33,681 bases of DNA from a virus (IMGVR_UViG_3300037307_000296:1-33681); one strand, 5' to 3'; shown: positions 1 through 8,758, numbered from the stretch's first letter. The notes: a model not told the origin generated them from the letters alone. Numbers and translations: made by a program.

Positions 1-125
1 AATGTGCCGCCGCCGCTGACTATCACAGCCTCCGCCGGTACGGCAGACACGACTGGGCACAGCGCCGCTATCCAGCCAGGGGCTGTCACTGTGACCGCCT
101 CCGCCGGCACAGCCGACACCGCTGG
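1..125. repeat. Terminal 125-bp overlap, copy 1 (identical to 33557-33681); circular assembly signature
   Basis: aatgtgccgccgccgctgac...gacaccgctgg is present at both ends; the overlap lies inside a repetitive gene. Confidence 0.9.
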
Positions 126-790
126 ACAGTCTGCCACCGTCACACCGGGCGCCGTCACGGTCACCGCCAGTGCCGGCACAGCCGACACCGCTGGACAGGC
201 CGCCACCATTACCAATGTGCCGCCGCCGCTGACTATCACAGCCTCCGCCGGTACGGCAGACACGACTGGGCACAGCGCCGCTATCCAGCCAGGGGCTGTC
301 ACTGTGACCGCCAGTGCCGGCACAGCCGACACCGCTGGACAGGCCGCCACCGTCACACCGGGCGCCGTCACAATAACCGCCAGTGCTGGCTCAGCCGACA
401 GCGCCGGACAGTCTGCCACCGTCACGCCGGGGGCTGTGACCGTCACGGCCATCAATGCAACCGCCACCACCGCCGGGCTTAGCGCAGGGGTATCTTCGCC
501 CGCGCCGGGGATACAAATAGATACTACGGTCGGGGCCGCAACCAGCGCGGGCCATGCTGCCAGCGTCATACCTGGGGCTGTCAGTGTGACCGCCTCCGCC
601 GGCACAGCCGACACCGCGGGCCAGTCTGCCACCATCAGCGTGGCGGCGGCGCCTGTTACTATCACCGCCAGTGCCGGCACTGCTGACACCGCCGGACATG
701 CCGCGGTGGTCCAGCCCGGCGCGGTCACGGTCACAGCCGCGGCTGGTACAGCTGACACTGCCGGTCACGCCATTGCTATCACCACCGCCG
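1..790 (+). repeat. Intragenic ~69-bp repeat array with a 213-bp higher-order duplication (1-99 recurs at 214-312)
   Basis: Recurring gccggcacagccgacaccgctggaca units. Confidence 0.85.
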
Positions 791-972
791 CGGCTGGCAA
801 CGCCGTCGCATCACACGCGCTGGTCGGCAACGCGGCCCTGCTTGCTGCGCTCTTTGGCGGCGCGGCCCTATCCCCCGCCCTTGTGGGCACTGTCACACCT
901 GCCGCCGCCGTGCAGGGTGCGGTAGATGTCTCCCACGCCGTGGTGGGCAGCGTTGTATTGGAGGAGATGTAA
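1..972 (+). CDS. 3' part of Thr/Ala/Gly-rich repeat fibre/adhesin-like virion protein (gene starts at 32459 and crosses the circular join, ~689 aa)
   Basis: ~23-aa repeats PGAVTVTASAGTADTAGQ.A; AAT at 33557 is in frame with ATG 32459 and equals codon 1 of this frame. Confidence 0.8.
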   Translation, partial: NVPPPLTITASAGTADTTGHSAAIQPGAVTVTASAGTADTAGQSATVTPGAVTVTASAGTADTAGQAATITNVPPPLTITASAGTADTTGHSAAIQPGAVTVTASAGTADTAGQAATVTPGAVTITASAGSADSAGQSATVTPGAVTVTAINATATTAGLSAGVSSPAPGIQIDTTVGAATSAGHAASVIPGAVSVTASAGTADTAGQSATISVAAAPVTITASAGTADTAGHAAVVQPGAVTVTAAAGTADTAGHAIAITTAAAGNAVASHALVGNAALLAALFGGAALSPALVGTVTPAAAVQGAVDVSHAVVGSVVLEEM

Positions 973-1256
973 TGGCTTACGATGTGGGCGATTTGGTCAG
1001 ACTGACAGTGACTTATACAAACAGTGCTGGCAGCGCGGTCGATCCGAGCACCGTTACGCTTGCCGTCAAGAGCTCCGCTGGCACCACCGCGTATACCTAT
1101 GCGGCGGGTAGTATCACCAAATCGAGTACCGGCGTGTACTACAAAGACGTGATGCTGACAGTGGCGGGCCAGTGGGATTACACCTGGACATCCACCGGCA
1201 CGCCGCAGCAGGTCGCAACCGGCACGCTGTACGCGCTGACGCCCGCGACGGGGTGA
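972..1256 (+). CDS. Small beta-rich (Ig/BppU-like) virion accessory protein
   Basis: GGAGGAG RBS, TAATG coupling, beta-strand pattern with TGVYY motif. Confidence 0.65.
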   Translation: MAYDVGDLVRLTVTYTNSAGSAVDPSTVTLAVKSSAGTTAYTYAAGSITKSSTGVYYKDVMLTVAGQWDYTWTSTGTPQQVATGTLYALTPATG

Positions 1257-1260
1257 TGGA

Positions 1261-1302
1261 GCGGTAGTGCATGAGTCTGTGCAAGCAAGTATGGGGCAGA
1301 CC
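1261..1302 (+). repeat. 42-bp imperfect direct repeat, copy B (37/42 identical to 29506-29547)
   Basis: gcggtagtgcatgagtctgtgcaagcaagtatggggcagacc vs gcggtagtgcatgagtttgtgcagacaagtatggagcacacc. Confidence 0.85.
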
Positions 1303-1304
1303 CA

Positions 1305-2537
1305 ATGACCTGGGATAATCGCATTGTCGGGCAAGGGACAGAGGCCCCGGATCAGCTGCTCGCCAATCCGCGGAACTGGCGGGTGCACCCGAGGCGTCAG
1401 CAGATCGCGCTTGCCTCTGTGTTAGATCAGGTGGGATGGGTGCAGCGTGTGATTGTCAACCAGCGCACCGGGCATGTCGTCGACGGCCATCTCCGCGTTG
1501 CGCTGGCCATCAGCCGCCATGAGCCAGCCGTGCCGGTAGTCTATATTGACGTCAGCGAGGATGAGGAGATGCTCATCCTCGCCAGCCTTGATCCGCTGGC
1601 CCACATGGCCGTCACCGATCAGGAGATGCTGGGGGCGCTCCTGGCCGACCTGCGCAATGAGACATTGGACGGGCTGTTAGGAGCAGTGGCGGCTGAGCAC
1701 AACATCGACATCGAGGGGCTATCTGCTGGCCTGCTACCGCCAAAGATGCCCAACCCGCGCCTCTTGCCGATTGACGTAATCTACACAGCCGGAGGCATAG
1801 ATCGGACAGCCCTACAGGAGCCTTCTCTGGTGCTGACGCACTGTTGCGTAGCTATCAAGGCGGGGTGGAGATATGGGGTGCAATCGTCAGGGTCAGGGGG
1901 TGTCTGCCTGGGGGCTACCTGCATGCGGGGGCATGAGGTGGTGTTCCTGGACAGCGACTACTTTGGGTATGACCACCGCCTCCATTTGGCCGCCGCCCGG
2001 AAATGGCAGCCCAAATATGCCACCGTGCGCGATGTGATGACGCGCTCCCAGTGCGGCGCCGCTGGCATCACTTATTACCCATTGGAGCAGGTGCTCGACT
2101 GGGCGGCAGAATTAAGTGAGTATGCCCGCAACGTAATCGTCATCCCCAAGTATGACTGCTTGGACCATATACCAGATCAGTATGTGCTAGGCTACAGCGA
2201 GCCGACCTCACACGGCGGGACACCGCTTCCTACTGAGGCATTCCGCGGGCGGCGCGTTCACCTATTGGGTGGCAGCTGGAAATCTCAGCTGGCCCATCTT
2301 GCCGTCCTCGGCAATGACGTGGTCAGTCTGGACAATAACTACGTCCACAAGATAGCCAAGTATGGTAAGTGTGTGATGCCAGATGGTACTACTATACGAT
2401 TAAACGATTTAGTGCCGGCAGTGGACAGCTCACTTTATGTCTCATTGGCAATCTCATACGCGAGTATTGCCACAATGGTTAATCGACTCTACGCCGGAGC
2501 GATGGTCAGCGAGCCGGTTCCAACACCCGGCGAATAA
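1305..2537 (+). CDS. ParB/Srx-like N-terminal domain fused to a TGT/DpdA-like (DUF6610-like) TIM-barrel domain
   Basis: N-terminal NPRNWRVHP...GWVQRVIVN...VVDGHLR is a phage ParB-like motif; C-terminal YATVRD, VIVIPK, LGYSEPT, VHLLGGS, VVSLDNN resemble transglycosylase HLLG/S.D motifs; adjacent to yhhQ. Confidence 0.7.
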   Translation: MTWDNRIVGQGTEAPDQLLANPRNWRVHPRRQQIALASVLDQVGWVQRVIVNQRTGHVVDGHLRVALAISRHEPAVPVVYIDVSEDEEMLILASLDPLAHMAVTDQEMLGALLADLRNETLDGLLGAVAAEHNIDIEGLSAGLLPPKMPNPRLLPIDVIYTAGGIDRTALQEPSLVLTHCCVAIKAGWRYGVQSSGSGGVCLGATCMRGHEVVFLDSDYFGYDHRLHLAAARKWQPKYATVRDVMTRSQCGAAGITYYPLEQVLDWAAELSEYARNVIVIPKYDCLDHIPDQYVLGYSEPTSHGGTPLPTEAFRGRRVHLLGGSWKSQLAHLAVLGNDVVSLDNNYVHKIAKYGKCVMPDGTTIRLNDLVPAVDSSLYVSLAISYASIATMVNRLYAGAMVSEPVPTPGE

Positions 2538-2543
2538 AATTGG

Positions 2544-2579
2544 CGGGGTCGCAGTGCTCCCCGGAAAAAACACAAGGAG
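2544..2579 (+). ncRNA. preQ1 class I riboswitch-like aptamer (translational type) overlapping the SD of yhhQ
   Basis: CGGGG-TCGCAGTGCT-CCCCG-GAAAAAACACAAG-GAG: 5-bp P1, UCGCAG loop, A-rich tail ending in ACAAG/SD; directly upstream of a queuosine-precursor transporter. Confidence 0.8.
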
Positions 2580-2585
2580 ATAGTG

Positions 2586-3191
2586 ATGATCAGAGCGATT
2601 GTGGTAGCGGCTGCTTATGTGGCAGCGCAGATGATGGCAGATGTAGCCAGCCTGCGGATTGTGCTGCTATTTGGGCTGTCAATCGACGCTGGCACGTTTG
2701 TGTATCCATTAACCTTCACATTGCGCGATATGGTCCACAAGACCGTCGGGGCCAAGGGGGCACGGGTGCTGATCGTAACTGCGGCGGTGGTTAATGTCAT
2801 GATGGCAGGCTTGTTCTGGCTCACCGCACGTCTGGCGGCCGATCTGGCGGTTGGACCCCAGGCGGAGTTCGGGATCGTTTTGTCGCCAGTCTGGCGCATC
2901 GTCTTTGCCAGTATCGCCGCCGAGGTAATCGCCGAACTGGTGGACACGGAAGCCTATCGACTCTGGGTGGACCGGGTTAGCCGCCGCTATCAGTGGGCAC
3001 GGGTGCTGTCGTCTAATGCAGTGTCAGTCCCGCTAGACAGCCTGCTCTTTGCTTGGGGGGCGTTTGGCGGTATGCTACCGGGGGCGGTCGTGTGGTCGAT
3101 CGTGGCGTCTAATATACTGGTCAAGGGGGCGACCACGTTGATCAGTATGCCGCTGATTTACGCCGTGCCGGATAATAGTTTAGCGATTTGA
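2586..3191 (+). CDS. yhhQ: Queuosine precursor (preQ0/preQ1) transporter, VUT/YhhQ family (alternative start GTG 2583)
   Basis: Multi-TM protein with AGTFVYPLTFTLRD, RIVFAS, RVLSSNAVSVPLDSLLF motifs; AAGGAG SD at 2574-2579. Confidence 0.9.
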   Translation: MIRAIVVAAAYVAAQMMADVASLRIVLLFGLSIDAGTFVYPLTFTLRDMVHKTVGAKGARVLIVTAAVVNVMMAGLFWLTARLAADLAVGPQAEFGIVLSPVWRIVFASIAAEVIAELVDTEAYRLWVDRVSRRYQWARVLSSNAVSVPLDSLLFAWGAFGGMLPGAVVWSIVASNILVKGATTLISMPLIYAVPDNSLAI

Positions 3192-3202
3192 GGGATTAAA
3201 AA

Positions 3203-3607
3203 TTGGCAGGCAAGTTTGGCGAAGATGTTATTGGGCGGTTGGAACAGGCACTCACATTGGGCGCCACCTATGAGATGGCTTGCCGCTATGCAGGTATCAC
3301 ATACCAGACCTATCGCAACTGGATACTCAAGGGGGAGCAGGCCAAATCGGGGGACTTCTGCGACTTTGTCGAGCGCATGGCAGCGGCTGAGGGTCGGGCG
3401 GTGATCGGCTGGCTGGCCAAGATCGAGAGGGCCGCCAACGAGGGGGTGTGGCAGGCGGCGGCGTGGAAACTAGAGCGCCGCTATCCTGAGGCCTACGGAC
3501 GCCAACGGGTTGAGTTGACCGGCGCGGATGGAGATGTGGTCAGAATCTCGATAAGATGGCCGGAGGAGAACCAGGACGGCGAACAAACCAATGGCACGCC
3601 AGATTGA
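3203..3607 (+). CDS. terS: Terminase small subunit (HTH)
   Basis: ACRYAGITYQTYRNW HTH and WQAAAWKLERRYP motif; immediately upstream of terL. Confidence 0.8.
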   Translation: MAGKFGEDVIGRLEQALTLGATYEMACRYAGITYQTYRNWILKGEQAKSGDFCDFVERMAAAEGRAVIGWLAKIERAANEGVWQAAAWKLERRYPEAYGRQRVELTGADGDVVRISIRWPEENQDGEQTNGTPD

Positions 3608-4802
3608 CATTGACCTGCCCAGGCTGCATGCCGGGCAGATCGAAATCGTCAAGCATCCTGCTCGCTTCAAGGTGGTAGCCAACGGGCGGCGCTGGGGCAA
3701 AACGCGCCTGGGGATGTATATCTGCCTCACTGTTGCGCTCACTGGCGGGCGGGCGTGGTGGGTTGCGCCGTCCTATCCGATGAGCACGGTCGGATGGCGC
3801 GGGCTGAAGGGACTGGCCCGCCAGATACCAGGCGCTGAGCTACGGGAGGTTGACCGCATCATCACGTTTGCAGGTGGTGGTACTGTACAGGTGCGCAGCG
3901 CGGATAACCCGGACTCGCTGCGTGGTGAGGGATTGGATTACGTCGTGCTAGACGAGTGTGCCTATATGCAAGAGGATGCGTGGACAAACGCGCTGCGGCC
4001 TGCGCTGTCAGACCGCAAAGGTGGCGCGCTGTTCATCTCCACGCCGCGCGGGCGCAACTGGTTCCACCGGCTATATCAGCGCGGTTTGGGCGACACCGAT
4101 CTCAATTGGGCGGCGTGGTCATATCCTACTGTGGATAATCCCTATATAGATCCGGTAGAAATCGAGCGGGCCCGGCAGGAGTTGCCATCCGACATCTTTG
4201 CCCAGGAGTACCTTGCCGAGTTCGTTGATGACGGCGGGCTGGTGTTCCGCAACGTGACGGCCTGCCTGTGGGAGCCGCCGTCTGAGCCGGAGCGCGGGCG
4301 GCGCTACATGGCGGGGGTAGACTGGGCACAGTCTAGAGACTGGACGGTCATTGTGGTCATGGACGACCTGGGGCGCGTGGTCGCAATTGAGCGTTCCAAC
4401 CAAATTGCATGGGATGTCCAGCGCGCCCGGCTGGCTGGCATTGTGGACCGTTGGGGTGTGGTCCATGTGCTGGCCGAGGCCAACGCGATTGGCGGCCCGA
4501 ACATCGAGCAGCTCCAGGTGGAGGGCTTGCCGGTGGTAGGCTTTATGACCACCAATGAGAGCAAGTCGCGGGTGATCCAGGCGCTGGTGTTGGCCTTTGA
4601 GCGCGGGGGGATTGCGATACCGGAGCACGCGGTGCTGCTGGCCGAACTGATGGCGTTTGAGGCCGGACGGCTGCCGTCCGGGCGCTGGCAGTATGCAGCC
4701 CCGGCCGGGATGCATGACGATACAGTGATAGCGCTGGCTCTGGCGTGGTGGGCACATCACAACATGCCAGAGGTAGCATTTGCAGACAGCCCATTTTATT
4801 AG
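3591..4802 (+). CDS. terL: Terminase large subunit
   Basis: Walker A GRRWGKT, LRGEGLDYVVLDE Walker B, ISTPRG, nuclease motifs GVDWA..D and HDDTVIA. Confidence 0.95.
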   Translation: MARQIDIDLPRLHAGQIEIVKHPARFKVVANGRRWGKTRLGMYICLTVALTGGRAWWVAPSYPMSTVGWRGLKGLARQIPGAELREVDRIITFAGGGTVQVRSADNPDSLRGEGLDYVVLDECAYMQEDAWTNALRPALSDRKGGALFISTPRGRNWFHRLYQRGLGDTDLNWAAWSYPTVDNPYIDPVEIERARQELPSDIFAQEYLAEFVDDGGLVFRNVTACLWEPPSEPERGRRYMAGVDWAQSRDWTVIVVMDDLGRVVAIERSNQIAWDVQRARLAGIVDRWGVVHVLAEANAIGGPNIEQLQVEGLPVVGFMTTNESKSRVIQALVLAFERGGIAIPEHAVLLAELMAFEAGRLPSGRWQYAAPAGMHDDTVIALALAWWAHHNMPEVAFADSPFY

Positions 4803-4822
4803 GTCACGATATTATCGTGACC
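4802..4822. promoter_or_regulatory. Perfect 10-1-10 inverted repeat between terL and portal
   Basis: ggtcacgata-t-tatcgtgacc. Confidence 0.45.
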
Positions 4823-4856
4823 CGCTCGACATAGGCGCGGTAAGCGCAGGGGGGCG

Positions 4857-6338
4857 GTGATGCCCGCAGCGAAGCGATACCAGACACCCGGCAGCAGCGA
4901 GGCCCGTCAGCAGGAGGACGATTACGTGCGGGAGCGCAACGAGCGCCGCGCGGCGATGATCGAGAGCTGGAATTACTACAACGGCCAGCACCGCCTACCG
5001 CTCAAGCCAGACAAGACCAGGGCGGACGATAACGTGATCCTTAATTTAGTCGGGCTGGCTGTGGACAAGAGCGTGGCGGGTATTTTGGGCACGGATGACC
5101 GGGGGATGCTACGCGGCGTGGAGTTCGAGGTGGTCGATGAGGCAGGGGAGCCGGGCTTCCGCGGGCTATTTCGGCGCGCGCGTGCGGCCTTTGCGGCCGA
5201 GCGAGAAAACCCAGCGCAGACGTATCTTGATGCCGTCTGGAGTGCAAACCGGTCCAACCGCTGGCTGGCGAATGTGATGACCACCGGCGCTATCACGGGT
5301 CATGTGTTTGTCAAGGTACTGCCAGAGTCCTACGAGCAGCCTGGTATAGGGATGCTGCCGCGCCTGGTCAACCTTAACCCGGCCAATGTCGGTGTGTATT
5401 GGGATGCTGACGACCGCGAGCGCGCGCTGTGGTATCGCATTGAGTACGGGAACACCCGGCAGGATATTGTGCGAGCAGTCAGCGAGTCTGACGGTGATCT
5501 GGGCTACTGGTGGATCATGCGCTACAGCCGCAAGACGGAGGGCGGGCGCTGGGAGCAGGCCCAGGAGCCGGAGCAATGGCCGTACTCGTGGGCGCCAGTG
5601 GTCGACTGGCCCAATCGGGCGCCGTCCGGATGGGAGTTCTACGGGCGCGACGATTTGGGGGGCGCCGGCCGTGTCAACGACCAGATCAACTTTGTGCTGT
5701 CCAACGTACAGCGCATCATCAAGTACCACGCACACCCGCGTACGATCGTGACCGGGGCGCGCCTGGATGACATCAAAGACACCTCCATCAACGCGGTGTG
5801 GAGCATTCCGGCGCCGGACGCGAAGGTCGAGAACCTCGAAATGCAATCGGACCTCGGTAGCAGCATGGCGCTGTACAGCGCGCTGCGGCGGGCGTTCTTT
5901 GATGAGCTGCAGGAGTTGGACCCTGGCAGCGTCCAGGACCACCTGGGGCAAATTACCAACTTTGGGTTGCGCGTGCTGTACAACGACACGCTGGCGAAGT
6001 ATGGTGCCAAGCGGATGGTCTATGGCGAGGCGCTCAAGCGGCTGTGCGGGCTGCTGTTTGCGCTGGCCGGGCTGCCTGCTGAGACGCCGGTCAATGTGAG
6101 ATGGCCTGACCCACTGCCCAACGATCCGCTCCAGGAGGCACAGGCGCTACAGATTGACGCGCTGCATGGCATGAGCAACGAGACGTATCTTGAGCGGCGC
6201 GGGTATGAGCCGGAGCAGGAGCGCCAGCGGCGCGAAATCCAGCGCGGGGAGCGCGTGGAGGACGAGAGCGTGATAGCGCAGGCGCGTGGCCTCGAGGCCC
6301 TGGTAAACAGGGGGCGGGAGTTGAGGGACATTGGCTGA
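4857..6338 (+). CDS. Portal protein (SPP1 gp6-like)
   Basis: Follows terL; YYNGQH...N, GQITNFGLRVLY, VRWPDPLP pattern; 493 aa. Confidence 0.9.
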   Translation: MMPAAKRYQTPGSSEARQQEDDYVRERNERRAAMIESWNYYNGQHRLPLKPDKTRADDNVILNLVGLAVDKSVAGILGTDDRGMLRGVEFEVVDEAGEPGFRGLFRRARAAFAAERENPAQTYLDAVWSANRSNRWLANVMTTGAITGHVFVKVLPESYEQPGIGMLPRLVNLNPANVGVYWDADDRERALWYRIEYGNTRQDIVRAVSESDGDLGYWWIMRYSRKTEGGRWEQAQEPEQWPYSWAPVVDWPNRAPSGWEFYGRDDLGGAGRVNDQINFVLSNVQRIIKYHAHPRTIVTGARLDDIKDTSINAVWSIPAPDAKVENLEMQSDLGSSMALYSALRRAFFDELQELDPGSVQDHLGQITNFGLRVLYNDTLAKYGAKRMVYGEALKRLCGLLFALAGLPAETPVNVRWPDPLPNDPLQEAQALQIDALHGMSNETYLERRGYEPEQERQRREIQRGERVEDESVIAQARGLEALVNRGRELRDIG

Positions 6339-7047
6339 GGTGCGCACACAGGGCGCGGCCCTGGCATGGTCTGATGCGGATATAGAGCGTTGGACTGGCA
6401 TCGACGAGGATGGGGTGATCAACCCGGCGGCGCTGGCCGATGATCGGGCTGATGCCCGCCGCTACCCGCTGCTGATGGCGTTGTTTGTGGCGCTGCTGCG
6501 TGGAGAAGCCGTCGAAGCCGAGATGTTCCCCCGGGTCCTGGACGCCCGCATTGAGGGCGGGCTGGATCGCCTGATCGCCATGCTTGAGCCGGTGGTGGCT
6601 GGCGAGGTGCCAGTAGCGGCGTGGCAGCAGGCGATGGCAGTGGAGCTGAGACGTGCCCACCACCAGGCCGCAGCGCTGGGGCGCGGCGGCTGGGATGCCA
6701 TGGCGCCGCAGGATTGGCGCGCGGTACAGCGCCGCATGGCGGAGGAGCTGCGCTATCTGTCGCGCTTTGCAGACGAGCTTGCACAGGGGCGCGTGTCGCT
6801 GGGGCAAGCGCAGGTCCGCGCCGGGTTGTACCAGGGGGATATCTGGTCAAGCTACTGGGAGGCACATACCGCAGCGATGGGCGCGGAGGGCTATACCATG
6901 GAGAGGCGCGTGCTGGGATCGGCGGAGCACTGTGCCGACTGCGTGGGCTATGCCGCACAGGGCTGGCAGCCCATTGGCTCACTGCCAGAGCCAGGCGACG
7001 GCTCGGTATGCCTCAGTAATTGCAGATGCAGCAAGGAGTACCGCTGA
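6331..7047 (+). CDS. Minor head / MuF-like head morphogenesis protein
   Basis: C-terminal HCADC...C..NCRC; position after portal. Confidence 0.75.
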   Translation: MAEVRTQGAALAWSDADIERWTGIDEDGVINPAALADDRADARRYPLLMALFVALLRGEAVEAEMFPRVLDARIEGGLDRLIAMLEPVVAGEVPVAAWQQAMAVELRRAHHQAAALGRGGWDAMAPQDWRAVQRRMAEELRYLSRFADELAQGRVSLGQAQVRAGLYQGDIWSSYWEAHTAAMGAEGYTMERRVLGSAEHCADCVGYAAQGWQPIGSLPEPGDGSVCLSNCRCSKEYR

Positions 7048-7277
7048 TGGCACGGGTGACCAGCGAGGACCGCGAGGAGCACGCCGCGCTGTCAGGCGGG
7101 CGGTTCCCACTTGCGACCAAAGCGCAGTGTATCTCGGCGATCCGGCTGCGTGGACACACGCGCAACCGCGACGAGCGCCGCCGATTGTTGAATGCGATCA
7201 TCCGACGCGCCCGGCGCGAAGGATGGGCAGACGTGGTGAAGAAAGCTCAGGAAGCCAGGGAGAGTGACGGATTATGA
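7047..7277 (+). CDS. Small basic head-region protein
   Basis: AAGGAG RBS, TGATG coupling at 7047, GRFPL motif. Confidence 0.6.
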   Translation: MARVTSEDREEHAALSGGRFPLATKAQCISAIRLRGHTRNRDERRRLLNAIIRRARREGWADVVKKAQEARESDGL

Positions 7278-7900
7278 GCGAGGAAAAGGCCCAGGTGGCC
7301 CCGGAACCACAGGACACGAAGTCCGAAGCGAAGGATGTAGGACCCCAGGCGGAGCCCGAACGCACCTTCCCGGCCAGATACGTGGAGGAGTTGCGCCAGG
7401 AGAACGCCGCCCGCCGTGTCGAGGCGCGGGAGCTGCGTGAGCAGATGGCCCGCATCGAGCAGGCAGTGGCAGATGTGGTCGGTAGCGACGCAGAGCGGAA
7501 AGACGTGGCAGGTACGCTGAAGGCGCTGGCAAAGCAGCTCGAGGAGACGCAGGCCAAGATGGCTGAGATGACCGAGCGCCAGCGTGAGACAGCGTTGCGC
7601 CAGGCGGTCGTGCTTTCTGCCGCTCGCGCGGGTGTTACTGACCCTGATGACGCCTGGAGGCTAGCCGATCTCAAGGCCGTCGGACTTGATGACGACGGCA
7701 ACGTGACCGGCGTAGAGGAGGCAATTGCTGAGCTGGTCAAGGCAAAGCCCTACCTGGTCCAAGCCAAGGCCGCGCCCAAGCCGGGGGCAACAAACCCCGC
7801 AGGGCCGGGTGGCGAGACCGGGGGTGATTGGATGCGAGACTACCTGACCCGCGGCAACACGTTCGGCGCGGGCAGGATCATACTTAATCCCAAGGAGTAA
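7274..7900 (+). CDS. Capsid scaffolding protein
   Basis: Acidic coiled coil, LRQENAARR, KPYL, directly before the capsid gene. Confidence 0.85.
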   Translation: MSEEKAQVAPEPQDTKSEAKDVGPQAEPERTFPARYVEELRQENAARRVEARELREQMARIEQAVADVVGSDAERKDVAGTLKALAKQLEETQAKMAEMTERQRETALRQAVVLSAARAGVTDPDDAWRLADLKAVGLDDDGNVTGVEEAIAELVKAKPYLVQAKAAPKPGATNPAGPGGETGGDWMRDYLTRGNTFGAGRIILNPKE

Positions 7901-7905
7901 TCGGT

Positions 7906-8757
7906 ATGGCTCAGACACGTTATGCAGACATCGCCAGTCTGCTCAACAACATTTACGAGGGGGCGCTGTTCACCCTGCGCCAACAGAATCTGCTGGTGCC
8001 CACTGTCACGGTCTTCCGCGACACGGCCGGCATGATGCCGCGCAAAAACAGCCAGTACGGGGCGGCCTCGGTGCGCTCACTGACAGAGGGCGAGGACGTC
8101 ACGTCAACGCAGCTCACCCGCACGGCGCTGAGCACGCTCACCCCGGCCCGCTTTGGCGATCAGTTCTTCGTCACAGACGAGCGCATCGCCAGCGACGATC
8201 ACAACATCCGCGCGGATGCGGCCCTCGAAATGGGTGCCGCGTTTGCACAGTATGTAGACCAGACCATCTCTGACCAGTTCACCAGCCTCACCGGCGGCAC
8301 CATCGGCACGGCAGGCAGCACGCTGCTATGGGCAGACATGATCGAGGCGCGCGCAATGATGCACACGCTGAAAGTACCCGGCCCGTACTACTGTGCGCTA
8401 CACCCGTACCAGTGGATGCACCTGGTCAAGAGCGCGGTGGCGTCCTCGGGCGAAGTGCGTGGCGCGCCGCAGTTCAACGACCGCATCGTTCAGAACTACT
8501 TCGTCTCCACGATCCTGGCAGATGTGACGTTCGTGATCACGCCGTCGATCGATGTGGATGTGTTGGATGATGCCATCGGTGCGATGTACAACATCCAGGC
8601 GCTGGCATACGACGAGCGCACCCCGTTCACGATCGAAGTCGAACGCGACTCGTCCCGCGGCGGCTGGGAACTCAACGCCTCGCTGCGTTATGCCGTCGGC
8701 ACATGGGCACCCGCGCGCGGCATCAAGCTTGTTGGTGACGCGGCCACGCCATCTTAA
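7906..8757 (+). CDS. Major capsid protein (HK97 fold)
   Basis: AAGGAG RBS; LTEGED, HPYQ..L, IEVERD motifs; 283 aa after scaffold. Confidence 0.9.
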   Translation: MAQTRYADIASLLNNIYEGALFTLRQQNLLVPTVTVFRDTAGMMPRKNSQYGAASVRSLTEGEDVTSTQLTRTALSTLTPARFGDQFFVTDERIASDDHNIRADAALEMGAAFAQYVDQTISDQFTSLTGGTIGTAGSTLLWADMIEARAMMHTLKVPGPYYCALHPYQWMHLVKSAVASSGEVRGAPQFNDRIVQNYFVSTILADVTFVITPSIDVDVLDDAIGAMYNIQALAYDERTPFTIEVERDSSRGGWELNASLRYAVGTWAPARGIKLVGDAATPS

Positions 8758-8758
8758 G

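Noticed and set aside
1-790. CRISPR-like array
   Set aside because: The repeats are in-frame coding units without unique spacers, and no cas genes are present
1305-1700. Plasmid-prophage partition system
   Set aside because: No ParA gene; this ParB-like domain is the type fused to modification enzymes before terminases
2540-2794. 84-aa ORF over the riboswitch
   Set aside because: Out of frame with yhhQ, TTG start and no RBS; the region is explained by the aptamer
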